NCBI GenBank assembly: GCA_009602725.1
Contig: WELB01000025.1
Location: forward strand, 760,604-817,363
Length of the DNA: 56,760 bases
Reading direction: 5' to 3'
Origin: Spirogloea muscicola
Lineage: Eukaryota
The notes below the pieces were generated by a model. That model worked only from the letters and a program-made list of their open reading frames with translations, ran no database searches and was not told the origin of the DNA. Numbering within the stretch: the stretch's first letter is position 1; each line of letters begins with the position of its first letter. The position numbers were made by a program, and so were the translations under genes. Below, in pieces: positions 35,999 to 48,765 of this stretch.

Positions 35999-38626
35999 CT
36001 ATCTACTAGCAGCTTCTATCTTCTCTTGCAAACGGGCCTCCTTGACATCTATGGACTCATCAGCAGAACTGGTCATGGCAAGTTCTTGATAGCCATCCTT
36101 TGATTTCTTCTTCGCAGTGCATTTGAGGGCGAAGGAGAGGAATATGAGGGAGACACCCACCAAGTGCATAAGGGAAAACGGCTTCGTGAAGATCAAGTAT
36201 GAAATGAACAATGTAAAGGCCTTCCTTAAGGAGGTCACCTGCATAGTGCACACAAGAGGTGCAAGAAGTAGAGGCATTAGAACTTGTTGAAGCAGTCAAC
36301 AGCGCATGGTTGCTGGTTGCTGATCCATGAGATCTACAAAGGCACTCCTCCGCCCTCTTAGTGAGGAGCATACAATCCGCAAACTTGGTATTGTATGCTG
36401 CAGTAGAGGAGAGAAGGTAACAAGAAATGTATAACGTGAACAAAAGACCAGGACTAAGGAGGAGGTGAAAGCATGAGTTGCTCAAGATGGAAAATTTGCT
36501 GGTGACATCAGAGGTTGATACCACATAAGTCGTGGCAGCACCGAAGAGAGCCACGGAGGAGAGGACAGCAAGCTGACCAATGTAGGATGCTAGAGCTGCT
36601 ACACAGATCACAATGTACACCTTGGGTTCCTACACAACAAAGCACTGGTGTATAACTCACCCAAGGGCAGCATTGATCAACAATAGAACTACAAACCCGC
36701 ATGACAAGGGGGGAAGCATGCTGCTAGTGTGATACTGGCAACTGCAAGTTCATCAATTCGTGAATGAGGAGTACAGTGCAGGCTGGTCAAAACCCAAGTA
36801 CTTTCAATAGAAGGTGAATAGATTACCAGATTCAGAATGCTTGGTGAAGAGGAGAGTTCTCCAGTGATGACCATCGGAGGGATGAGGAAGAGCAGCCCGG
36901 CTGCGCTGGAGCAGAAGACAACCTCCTCCTGGTCACGCAAATTCAGGAACAACTATATGAGATTGGCACATGTGTCAGTATATCTAGCAGAAGTGCAACA
37001 CTGGATACATATCACCAAAGTGGGAGTCTTCTAGTGCAGATGTAGCCGGGCTTACTTGGCTCGTCGAGGGGCCTACAGTGAAGAGCAGCTCTTGCAGATT
37101 ACCCAGGAATGCGTCAAAAATAAGTGCCCCTATAATCAAGATTACGCCTGCTAATGCAAATGTTGGCGTAACTTGGGCATCCGCTAATGTGAATATGATC
37201 AGGCCAATAACGAGCAATATGGCCTGTCTGTACTCATGCGCCTTGTATGATCGCCGCAGGCCAGGGAACAAATGGCTCACAGCCATGACCGGAATGACCT
37301 GTACAAATGCGAATGTGAGCAGAAAGACAGCTGTGTGTGCTCAAGCTTGGCCTGTCATTAGAAAAGGAGAGGGTGCACTCATTGACTCAACACTCGCAGT
37401 GGCCAACATGGCACAAGACAATGGATCACTCATGCAGCAGCTTAACTGTAACACCAGGTTCTAGCTGCAAACAACTTTATCAAACTAGATGACGGGGCAA
37501 GCAGTACTAAGCAGCAAGTTCCCGACTCAAGTCCAAGAATCAGCAATTTCAACAAGCCAGATAAGAAGAGGCACCTGTTCGCATTTCTGAGAGAAGATAA
37601 TTAGTATGGTGGCTCACCTTGCAGGACTTGAAGATAATCTGCGCAGCATAGTTGATGTACTGGAGGGAGCACTTTGTGAGTCCCATGCTGCCCACCAAGA
37701 CGGCGCCAAGCTTGAAGTAAGCTCCCCATGGATGCGTTATTTGCGAAGGTCGGAAGCCGTGAATGTATGCCAGCACAATGTATATGGCAAACTGGGAGAA
37801 GGTGAAGTACCAAGGGTACCTGCAATGCACAAGCCTGTTTGTTCAGCACCTTGCAAAGGTTGTACTCATAGCGGCAGTTAAAGGACCTGAATTCAAGTAG
37901 TCGGTCTTGAGCCTGCCGGACAATCAGCACATGTTGAAGATTTTAAGCACAGGGTCTCCTTTCTCTTGGCAGATTGGGACGTGCCTAAATTCAAGTGTCT
38001 TGAATAAAAACTCCTGCAAATGCGAGAAGACAGAATTTGAGTGAGCTGCGCGACCACTCATCATGAGCAAGCAACTGCCAACAGTGCAAATTGAGCTGCT
38101 TTTGAGCTTCTCAGTCCGACTTGATTGAGCAGTGTCATCTTGCACAATTCCCACTTGCTGCAGAAAAAGGGTAAACTCAACTTTGCTAGCAGTATAGAGG
38201 ATCGTGGGAACTACATGTGTCAGTGAATGCCTTGTGCAAGATCAGCTTGGTCTGAGTGAGGCATCTGAGGCAGTGGCCATTGGTTTGCACCTCGCAGATC
38301 GCATTGATGACAAAGCCGAAGAATATGCCGCAGCAGCAGGCGACGAGCTGCAGCCACCGGGGCAGCCAGCTGAGGTTGATGCCAAAGGCATAGACCTGTG
38401 GCGTGGTGGAGGCCGCGACGGCAACCTGTGCGCCCTTACTGTCGGCAGCAAGGTGGCCCCTCGTCTGCCAGCTGATGTCTACGACTGCCTCCCGCGGGGC
38501 CTCGTGGTCGTGGTCGTGCGCGCGCTGAGTGAGGCCGAGGCCCGCGCCATCGGAGCCGCCCGCCGCGGCGCCGGTCCGGGCGATGGATATCGGCTGCGGG
38601 AGCATGGCGATCTCATGCATCTTCAT
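35999..38626 (-). CDS. UAA-family nucleotide-sugar/PAPS transporter (UTr2/UTr4, SLC35B3-like)
   Basis: FGINLSWLPRWLQLVACCCGIFFGFVINAICE|EFLF; YPWYFTFSQF; VLVGSMGLTKCSLQYINYAAQIIFKSCK|VIPVM; IIFTLADAQVTPTF; DAFLGNLQE; ALFGAATT; VTSLRKAFTLFISYLIFTKPF. Confidence 0.92.
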
Positions 38627-40026
38627 GGCGCCGCCGGTCCGGAGACCTCCGGATGGCGACCAACTCGAGGAGACGGAGCTCGGATATCAGCGAACGAGCT
38701 CGGAATGGCCGTTCGCGCAGCATGGCCGTCTCCACGGATCCTCCGCCGAGCCTGGCGAGGCAGCCGCCGGTGGAACGCCGGGGCCAGCGGCGGAAGATCG
38801 TTATGTCAATTCAAGACCAGCGTGCCCGGCAGCCGGATCGCTCAGTCTCCGCAGGCTCCTCAGTTCGTCGCAACGAGTGAGCGCATGCAGAGCCACTTCA
38901 GGGCAGCCGGCGGAGCTGCACGATAGCCCGAGCCCCGCTCTCGTCCGGCAGCCGGCGAAGAAGCGCCGCCTGGCCGGCGAGGGATGACTAGCCGCCGCCG
39001 CCGCCGCCGCGAATCGGCTCCTCGGCTCAGCCTCCCGCGCGCCGCCGCCGCCGTCGCCGCCTGCGCCGCNCCGCCGCCGCCGTCGCCGCTGCACGGCGCG
39101 GCGCCGGCGACGGGGCGAGCGCCGGGGACCGTAGCGCTGGCCAGATCGCCAGGGGGATGTGAGGTTGGCACCTCGGAGGGAGCCGCACGGTAAGCGGATG
39201 AACGGCCTGAGGGGAGAGGTGGAATGGAGGGAGGGAGGGGATGGGCCCCCCGCACTCCCCGCCGCGTCGCGCGCCGTGAGGTGCGGAGAGGGCTCCACCT
39301 GCCCCCCCCCTTCCCCCGCCTTAACGGGGGCCCGGTCGGCTGCTCTTAGCGGCACCCCACCGACCGGGAAATCCTCCCGCCGTTACCGGCCCGCCACTTA
39401 GCCGGAAACAAGCGGGAGCTTCTCACTACCAGCTTCCGAGTGGGCTCCTGCGAGCAGGCAGAGCCCTCGCTGCTGCCTCTGGCTCTGGCCAGGGGACCCG
39501 CTTCCAGGAACCCAGTCTCTCTGACTTGAGGATGCTTAGCAGGGGTTACTGAGTGCTTCGTAGCTGCTTCGTTTCTTTTGTGTGCTTGTTGTTCTCAGTG
39601 CTTCCCCTGGCCCCTTCTCGTCCTTTGTTCATTCTTTCTTGGGCTGGCTTTTTCCAGCCCCTATCCTCAATGGGCAGGCCCTTCTTCCTAAATACAAAAG
39701 GCCAGTCGAGACTGCCACAAGGCCAACAATCAACTGAGAGCCACGGCTCCAGCGACAACGTGGATTGACAAGCCCCACCGATAAAAGCCTTTTTAGGCAG
39801 GTAAGAGATAAGTCCATCCATGTCTAGCTTGTGACGTGTGAGACGGGGTTGACACTCAGACTTACTGTAGCCCAGTTGAACCGGATGGACAGATCTGCTA
39901 ACTCCTTCAACATTGGTTGCAACTTACCTACTCTGTAACAGCAGCTCATTCGGTCTTAATACCAAATGCTTCGACTCCCTGCTACTTTCAGATACTATTC
40001 GCTGCTGTAAGCTGCTGTGGGCTGCA

Positions 40027-42821
40027 CTATGCTATTTTAGTTGCAACTTTGGGAGGACTCAGAACTGCTTTCGCTCGTGAGTAGGCGAAAACTCCTGCCA
40101 GTGCCACTGCCGTACCTGTTGCAAGGTACAAAATTGTTATGTAAGTGAAGGCCCGTGAGAGAAGCGCCTTGAGGCTTCTTCGAGTCCAGATCTTCTGTTG
40201 ACCCAGCAGAATGACTGGCACGCAGATCATCGACATCATACCTGTCATTGCTGATTTGAGGTCATGAGACTCAGTGGTTGGGTATAGCAAGCAACCGAGA
40301 GGGTCGGAGGTGTGGACTTACCAATCCCATTGATTGTGGAGACAGGTGTGCGAAAGAAGAGGACCGAGGTCACAATGACAATCACGCGCTTGACGCAATT
40401 GCCAACAGAGTGAGTCACAGGAGATACCCTTTGGAGGATCATGTATGATACCTACCACAAGCAAGTAGACTGTCGTTTCACAAGAAGCGCAGCTCAATGG
40501 ACGAATACTGATATGCCATATCACTTAGAAGCTCAGCACTATTGGACTATGACATTGGATGAGAACTCAAACGTACAGCAGTACGTACAGCACAATCACT
40601 TCAAGCAAGCAGATGCCGTCAGTGCTACACATAGAGAGCACAAACACATGCCACATTGTCCCATTTGATCTGACAGTACCTGCTGATAGGAATGGAAGCA
40701 CAGTCCAGCTATCAGTGTTCGCGTTATTATTGTCTTCACATCCAGTCCCTGTCACAATGACAGTATGGTTCGTATCAGCCATCAATTTTCCATGAGACTA
40801 GGATATGCTAAGAGCTAATCGTTGGTAAGATGCAAAGATGAGAGGGGTCTGCAGTGAAATTGAGTCGCGGAGAAGTTCGTACTGCAGCCTCAAGGTAAGC
40901 TGGACTTAATGTGACGCCTTCAACCAGGAGAGCAACTGGAGCCAAGAGGAAGAAGGAAATGATGGTGATGACAGAGAAGAGATTGATGTTGTCCAGTGCA
41001 TCTTTCTGCACAAGAAGGACAATGCAGGACAAGGATGGTAAGGACTAAGCTCAATGATATTTCCCAGTGCTTACTGCCAATGCAGCTCATGCCCACGATG
41101 AAAAAGCATTTGCCACACTCAAGCATGACTACAATGTTCACAAATAAGGCGGAACAAGTGCTTGAGACAACTGGGCAGTACGCCTCACATCCTTCTTGAT
41201 CATGAGCTTCTTGCTAAGGACGTTCCGAGACTGGAAAGTAAGATTGGATGCCATAGCACTCAGGAAACCAGCCCTGCAGTCACGCTCTTCCAACAATGTT
41301 AGCAGACCAATGGGGATCATCTTCACGCAGTGCTCATACGGGTGACTAGAAGCAACGTGCGCATTGGACAGCTCAGACCATGCAGTACGATAATATTGCA
41401 TTTTGCTGCATTCCATCATGACAATACATGCATCATGCCTCATTGATTTGCAGATAACGATATGCTTGGCTTGCAGAAATACTGGTGAAGAGGCTCAGGA
41501 GAGTATGCGCCTGTTTTTACCAGTTGAATGAAGCTTCTGTGGCGGAGGCTAGGGCCACACCGCCCACGATTGGAAGTAGAGAAGCAATGACCCATGGGTG
41601 CGGCGACTGCCATTTAAGGTGCAGCAATACATGCAATGAGCAGGTTAAGCAGGTAAATAATTTTCACAGTACTAGCAAGATGAAGAAGCACAGAGGTACG
41701 TTTAGAAAGAGGAGGATCACACAAAGGGGGCAGCCCGGCAGCTTACATCGCCCAGCAGCATCGCCGACAGGAGCACTGAGAAGAAGGGCTCAAGCGCCTT
41801 AATAGTGTGCGTAAATGACACCGCCACTTTGCCCAAGCTCACGTTAGTGAACAGGTTGCCCAGGGTGTGGACTGCGGCCAGCGGAAGGATGGCAACCACC
41901 TTCAAGCGTCACAAGCAGAGCTCATTGGATGGTGAAGGACCCTCTGCGAGACTTAAGAATCACCTGAAAGCTCTTGACGTGAGCAAGCTAGCCCAAGCTA
42001 CCATTGTGCAGATCGTGTAACAGGTGCTTTGGTATGACATGTTCACAGTGAATGATGCGTGCACAGTGGCTACACCCAGATAGTACCCTTGTCCGCTGTC
42101 CCTTGACCAGTCATCCCCTGAACAGTCCATTCTCAAGACTCTGCCTTTGAATATTAAGAGTCGAGAAGAAGCTAGCATTGCTGCATGTCTTAAGGCAGCT
42201 CAAAATCTGGACTGTCATGGCATGATTGCAGGGGGAGTTTTGACCAAGCAGTCCAGTACTAAGTCTGGTCTGACCACCTGCTCTTGGGTGATCTGCGGCC
42301 GCTTGTACAGGCCCGTGATCCACATGACGAGCACCACGACCGTGCCTATCGCAAACTGGAGCGCCGTGATGGTGATAGGGTACGGGAAGGCCTTGAGGAC
42401 CTGCAACAAGCAGCGCGTGGCGCGTCGCAACATGGCCAATGCAGCTGCTATCAGCTTGCCAAAACCCACAGTGCCACATGTGGCTGATGCCGCACCTCTG
42501 GAGTTGCCTAACGACGGTGGCGGAAAAAGCCACGTTCTTAGTGCCTTTCTCCACGGCAGGTGGGACCTGCCGCGGAGCCGCCCGCCTCTGCCGAAGACAA
42601 TGGCGAGAGTTGAACACTCGCCTGCTTGTTGTAGATGTTGAAGAAGATGTTGAAGAGGTACCAGAGGCCAAAGAGCGAGCCGAGGAGCAGCGTACTGCTC
42701 GCCGGCGACGACTGCGCGGGGGCGGCCGCCGCCCCGCCCAAGCCGTGCACGGGCTCGGGCGCCGCATCGCCGGCACTGCCGGCATTGCCGCCGCCGTCCG
42801 CAGAAGCGGCGGCGCTCGCCN

Positions 42822-42871
<50 letters not shown>

Positions 42872-42925
42872 CCCGGCGGCGGCGGCGGCGGCGGCGGCGC
42901 GCGCGGCGCAGGTCGAGGCCGCCAT
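40027..42925 (-). CDS. PPT: Plastid phosphoenolpyruvate/phosphate translocator (TPT family)
   Basis: [138 protein letters not shown]. The transit-peptide region is disrupted by a poly-T/N assembly artefact. Confidence 0.93.
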
Positions 42926-43281
42926 GGCGGCCGTGCCCGGGCGCGGTGGGCCAGCTCGGTGATCAAGGCGGGAGCGAGGCAGCGGAGGGGAGTTGGGGAG
43001 TCCACGGCCAGGGCAGCGGCGCCGCCAGATGTGGTGGCGCCGCCAGATGTGGCGCCGTCCCCGGGGCCCGCTCCTGACGGCGGCGAGAAGGAGCCCGGGG
43101 CTACACTCTTGGCACCGTGCCACATTGGGGGCGCCTCGAATTCAGCGGCGCGGCTGGCGGTGCCCGGGCACTGCACAAGGGAGGCCCACGTGCTCTCGCT
43201 CGCGCCAACCCGGACAAGGACAGGTCCTCTCACCGTCCTCACATTTTCCGACTCTTTTTGCACCATTGCCATCTGGCGATG

Positions 43282-43379
43282 GTTGTGAAAGGCAAGCCCA
43301 GAAAGAGTGGACAAGGTCTTCAAATGGAATCTGGGAAAGGCAAGCCCAGAAAGAGTGGACAAGGTCTTCCAATGGAATC
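43282..43379 (+). repeat. Tandem pair of the dispersed intergenic repeat (~49-bp unit)
   Basis: GAAAGGCAAGCCCAGAAAGAGTGGACAAGGTCTT(C)AAATGGAATC occurs twice in tandem and has the same core as the 24.7-27.6 kb repeats. Confidence 0.85.
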
Positions 43380-44049
43380 ATGGTCTCTGAAATAGCCATC
43401 CGACGAACCGTTCGGAACCAGCCATCCAAAGAACTGTCAATACACAGGAACACTGATCTAGACGCCACTCTTGCCCAATATTTGTTACAGATTGAATCAT
43501 TCTGTATGAAAGGTATGAGCCTGCTCGTCTGTAGAAGCTTGAGCGAGACCAGTAGCCTGTGGGGCTGGGGACCGAGCACGAAGCTGGAAACAAACGCTGC
43601 TGGGTCTAAAGACCAGCTATGCAGGATCACAGCATATACAAGAAACGCAAAATCCATTTGGCTCAAGGTAATGTTGCAGTTATGGTTCCCCTGATATAAT
43701 TGGTGCTTATTGGTAGTAAAGCTACGAAACTCATTCAAAGAGTGGCAACAATGATAGAGCATCTGAAGAGTGGCAATAAGTTCAGAATTTGAGGCTTTAA
43801 GTGATGCGAAGGACACCATATAGCTCTCACAAAGCTTGACTGCTTGTGTCCTATAGGGTCACCTGCTGTGTATGTCACACTTGGCTTACACACCATGCTT
43901 AATGTATGCAGCCCTACATAGCTGCCGGGAATATCATATAGTGCCTTACTGCTGCTGCTGAGTGATGTCAAAGCAGCTCACGTCTGCCGTCTGCCGCAAG
44001 ACTTAAGCACAGCTTTGCTTCACCAGGATCAGGACTCCGGCTGAATAGC

Positions 44050-44823
44050 TTAGCTTGTGGGCCGCAACTCGAAGCCCTCACTGACAGTCTCGTCCCAAGA
44101 GGACACATCAACGGCACTAACTCGTGCCATGGCTGGCCCCTCATGGCAAAGCTTCAGCATAAGATCAACGGCTGCTGGCGGTCCCGACAAAACAGCCTCC
44201 ACTGTTCCATCGCTGCGGTTGCGTACCCAGCCGTTGAGGCCCAGACGCAATGCTGTCTCTTCTGTCCACTTGCGAAAGAACACGCCTTGCACCGTACCCT
44301 TCACGACTGCATTTACCTGGCGAGACCATGCTAAGAAGCTCAATAAGCCAGCAAGTGCTAGCACAATTGACGCAAAGCATCGAGGCAGACATCCCATGCA
44401 AAGACTACAAGTGCAGGCCATTCCCGATATAATGCATGCCTGATAAATTGACCAAGTCGAAAGCGACAGATGAAGTATTCAGAGCCTCAGACTTTTGTAA
44501 GAGACCTTCTTGACGTCGTGAGAGACCTTCCTTTGCGAAGTAACGTGCTTGCTTGACGCAGTGACTTCCTCACCCTGCTGCGCCATGCACTGCAACCTCT
44601 TTACGGCTGAAGAGGAGCTGCAAGACCGTAATGGGTCAGTGGAAAAATTCGGACGCCTTGTGCCGGCAGAATCAATCCAGGCGCAAGGAATTGCGGGGCC
44701 CTCTGGCTGAAACAGCCCAGGCGCCGCAAGGATGGCAATCGGTGCCAGTCTCCGCAGTGCAGCCGCCGAGGCCGGTGCAACGGCGCTGCAGAGGAACCCG
44801 CTGCGGAGCGCCAAGTGCCTCAT
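44050..44823 (-). CDS. ACYP: Acylphosphatase with N-terminal organellar targeting extension, 2 exons
   Basis: VKGTVQGVFFRKWTEETALRLGLNGWVRNRSDGTVEAVLSG...LCHEGPAMARVSAV...FELRPTS* contains both acylphosphatase signatures. Exon 1 runs MRHLALRSG...MAQQGEEV...QRK. Confidence 0.93.
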
Positions 44824-44869
44824 CGCGCCATCAGCGGCGGCGGCGGCGGCGTCGGCGACGGCGGTAGCC

Positions 44870-44909
<40 letters not shown>

Positions 44910-45283
44910 GCGAGCAATGTGGATTGCGTGATGATGGAGCTGGTGCACACGTGGCACCCCTCCGGCGAGTGGCCGTGTCACGTCGGATTAGTGGTCGCCG
45001 TTCACACGGTCGTCTGTTGTGGGAAGTGGGAAGAAGCAAGTGGGGTTCGGTTGGTGTGCTCGTGGGCTTTGATGGGGCCAAAACTGCCATCGAGCCGGGG
45101 CCTGGTAACGGCGATGTTCTCCGGGGGGTGCGCCCAGCGTTCGCCGACCGATTTAGATTACGGAGAGGCAACCCGCCCAGCCCAGCCTGCTTCCCCGCTT
45201 TCCCCACCATTCCCTTCCGCCAATTGTGTGCCGCCGACCCCAGGGCCTGCCTCGCCGCCCGCGACTTCCCCGCGCCATCGGCG

Positions 45284-45318
<35 letters not shown>

Positions 45319-45322
45319 CACC

Positions 45323-47344
45323 ATGGAGCGGGACCCTTTCGCGGAGCTCATGCAGCCGGTGCCGGAGGCCAAGGCGGCGGCCGCGGGCGCCGGCGGCGGC
45401 ACCGACGGCGACGGCGGTGGCGGCAAGGGCCTGGACCTCGACGACAGCGTGCTGCCGAGCTACGACTTCCAGCCGCTGCACGGCGGCGCCGCCGCTGCCG
45501 CCAAGGTGCGTCGCCATGCTAGGACAGGCGCTGCTTGCGGAGCCTCGGTGCTCGCAGGTGTCACGTCAATTGGTGCCCGAAAAGGCCCCTGGGGGCGCAT
45601 CCGCATCCTCAATTGCTTCCTACTCGCATCCTGAATTGGTGCCGCTTGACATAGTCCAGCCTGCGCACATCGTTGACCTTGCGGGCCCTGACTTCCGTGC
45701 CCTTGGCTTCCATGTGGGAGGAGGCAAACATCGCCTTCTGTGACCACTGTTTTGATGTTGCAAAGAATGGAAAGAGCAACAAGTTCTAAATTGAAAGTCA
45801 CAGGTTCAAATCCTGTAGAGTGCGTTCAATCGAAGGTTGACGTGCGGAAGCCTGGCTCCTTTGTCCTCCCCTACCGCAGAAGGACACGCAGGCGACTGGA
45901 GCAGGAGCGGCGCGTCCGACCAGCGGCCCCCTGGCAGCCATGGTCAAGAGCGGGCCGGCTGCCCCCACTCGTGGACAGGTCGGTGTCGCTCGCGTATATC
46001 CACCAAATTGCAAGGGCACAGCAGTCACCATACTTTGGTGCAGTTTCTTGTGCTGATCTTGTTACGTAATTTCACCATTGCATACCATGGTGCACGTGAC
46101 CATAGCCATGGCCTAGTCATAGGAAAGAGCCTCCTAACCCAACACGTTCACTGGCCTTATCGGATGACTGATCACCGGCGTTCCAGTACGATGTAGGTTA
46201 CGGACAGTCCCGAGGCTTCAGCAGCCGCGGAGGCAGCCGTGGAGCGCGGCATGAAGAAGTATGCGGAGAAACTTATGGAAGTGCTGGAGGACATGGGCGA
46301 GCGCCTGCAACGGCTGGAGGGCACTGCGACTCGCCTGGAGGCTGCGGTGGCAGATGTGCAGCATGCCATTGATGAGAGCCACGGCGCTGCTGAGGGCCGC
46401 GCCCGCAATTTCGAGAACATGGTCCGTGAGGTGAGGCTGGTTGCCGGCTTGACTTCTCAAAGAATTCCGCCTGCCTTAGCGGTTTTGGGTCTCCAGTAGA
46501 AATGTCTTTGGTGAAGTCAGTTACCGCAAGACTGGCAGCTGTTGCCGCTTGAGCACGTTCGAGTGACGTCGCCGTGACCTGCCTATTGGCAGGTCCAGCG
46601 AGGCGTCCAGCTGCTCCGCGACAAGCAGGAACTTGTGGAGGCTCAGGCAGAGCTTGCGAAAATGCAGATTGTGGCGGCGGCGGCATCGGGCAAGACTATC
46701 GACGATGCTCCTGCTCCCCTTCCGGCGCCGGCGCACCCTGAGCCGGCAGAGGTTGTTCTGCCCTCGGCCCCGCCGCAGGTCTCGCCAGCAGCGATGGCAG
46801 CGCCACCTGCCCCTGCGTACTTGCCGGCGCTTCCGCTACCACCAGCATCCCAGGGATTGCAGCAGGCGATTGCTCAATACCCTGCTCAGCAGCAGCAGCA
46901 GCTGCCGCCACCGCAGCAACCTCCGCCTGCTCAGCAGCAGCAGCAGCAGCAGCAGCTGCCGCCGCCGCCCCCGATGCAGCAGCAGCAGCAAGCCCCACAA
47001 GCCCAGTACCACCAACAGCAGGCCCTGCAGCAGCAGCAGCAGCAGCAGCCGCCGCCACCCCCGTCTCTCGCATACCATCAACAGCCCCAGAACTCCCTCG
47101 CCCCACAGCAGCCACAGCAGCAGCCGCCGATGGGCTACCAGCACCAGCAGGCACAACAGCCGGTCAGTCTGCAAGTATCTGACATTTTATGCTTGCTTGT
47201 AGCTTGCTTCATGAGAGAGAGGATGATTTAAGGAAGTACTCAGAGACTGGCAATAAATGACCAGCAAATGCTTGGCTTGCAAATAGGCGCAGGTCTCAGC
47301 GCAGCAGATGCTGCAAATGCAGCCGTATGTGCCACCGCAGCAGC

Positions 47345-47390
<46 letters not shown>

Positions 47391-48765
47391 GCCGCCACAG
47401 CAGCATCAGCAGCAGCAATACGGGCAGCCCGAACAGGCAGGCGCATATGGCCAAGCCTCAGCGCAGAGCCTATCATCGCCATCTGTGCCATACGCTCAAG
47501 CTCCCCAGCAGCCTCTCCAGCAGGTATAGTGCGCTTGATTACCCTGCGGTTTGTATGTATCACCATGTGCAGATGACTGTGATAGCACATGACAATTGTC
47601 ATGTAACTCTATTCCTTATCACAAATTGGCATTGTGATGTGTCTGCTACTTGATGTTCAGCACGTGCAGTCGGCCATGTCGGAGGTGCCGTCTTACCTGC
47701 CTCAGGGCCACCCTGCCGCGTATGCGGAGCGCCTGCAGCTGGCACTGCAATCCGGCGATCGGTTGCCGCCTCCGCCGCTGCAGCAACAATTGATGCCGCC
47801 AATGGGCATGCAGTCACCGTACGAGGTGCCGCTCCACAGAAACTCCTCACTGAGCGGCCCCTCGGCTTCCAGCTATCAGCCATATGAGGCCCAGGCGTCT
47901 GCCCCTAATCAATCGCCCATGCAGTACCGCTTTGCACAGGTGCGCTGCTGGCAGCCCATGTACTGCTTGTTGCTGAAGCACCGTCTTCCTCTTGTCTTTG
48001 TAATTATCAATTCTGCTGATAGCCACTTGCATACTGCTCACTCCTTTGAGCTTATGCCACAAAGCACAGCATCACAGCCATAGCGTGTACTTAGAGCATA
48101 TGTCTCTTGGTTGAGGTCATTGATCTGGAAGGATCTGCATGCTTATGAATTTTCCTATCCTGGCAGCCGGTGGCCTCGGCTCCAACAACCAGCACGGGCA
48201 TTAGCTCCTACCCACGACTGCAGGTGCAGTGGCGCGCACTCGCTCATCTCGAAGTTGGGCAGAAAGCACGGTGCAACAGCTTGTAAGCCATGCATATATG
48301 TATGTAGTCAACTGCGACTGGCGAGTGGCTCCACGAGTAATGTCCGTTTTGTGGCATTTGTAGATGGCCCAGCCTGTGGGCAGCCCCCCACCGCTTGCGA
48401 GGGAGGCTAACAGTGGCTCTGCAGCCCAGGGGGGCTCTGCTCCCCTAGGAACAAGCCGCGTACCTATCGACAAGGTGATTGAGGACGTCTCAGCCATGGG
48501 CTTCTCCAAGGACCAGGTAAGAGGCCAGCTCTATTTGGTCGCTGAGTCTTTGGCTTGTGTACGTCAATGTCTGATCCTTTGAAGCACAAGCTCCAGCAGA
48601 GTGTTAAATTTCAGAACTTGGCCTGCTTACTTTCAGGTGCGGACCGTGGTGAGACGTCTGACTGAGAACGGGCAAGCTGTGGACCTAAATATTGTGCTCG
48701 ATAAGCTCATGAATGGCGGTGTTGGCAGTGATACGCAGGCCCACAAGGGCTGGTTCAGCAGATGA
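45323..48765 (+). CDS. FLOE/DUF1421-family Gln/Pro-rich prion-like protein (FLOE2-like)
   Basis: DDSVLPSYDFQPL N-terminal motif; coiled coil VERGMKKYAEKLMEVLEDMGERLQRLE...VQRGVQLLRDKQELVEAQAELAKMQ; long Q/P/S-rich region; C-terminal DUF1421/UBA-like RVPIDKVIEDVSAMGFSKDQVRTVVRRLTENGQAVDLNIVLDKLMNG..KGWFSR*. Confidence 0.9.
45768..45824 (+). pseudogene. Truncated, degenerate organellar (mitochondrial-type) tRNA-Arg(UCU) fragment in FLOE intron 1
   Basis: TGGAAAGAGCAACAAGTTCTAAATTGAAAGTCACAGGTTCAAATCCTGTAGAGTGCG shows the D-arm 3' side, a TCT anticodon in a TTCTAA loop, and a perfect T-arm ACAGG-TTCAAAT-CCTGT. The 5' acceptor strand is absent. Confidence 0.65.

Noticed and set aside
38204..39401. 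Many long overlapping Arg/Ala/Pro-rich ORFs in GC islands (also 6.7-7.5, 27.6-28.4, 44.5-45.7, 55-56.4 kb)
   Set aside because: They are expected from stop-codon scarcity in (GCC)n-rich DNA and are antisense or off-frame shadows of real genes or UTRs.
42821..42869. Poly-T (poly-Lys) tract in PPT exon 1, and poly-T at 34453-34534, as retroelement poly(A) tails
   Set aside because: Both abut N gaps and have no TSD or element body, so they are most likely sequencing or gap-fill artefacts.
43142..43819. Long ORFs on both strands (225 and 233 aa) between PPT and ACYP
   Set aside because: They have no recognisable motif, and the repeated peptide (KEWTRS/EDLVHSFW) simply translates the intergenic DNA repeat.
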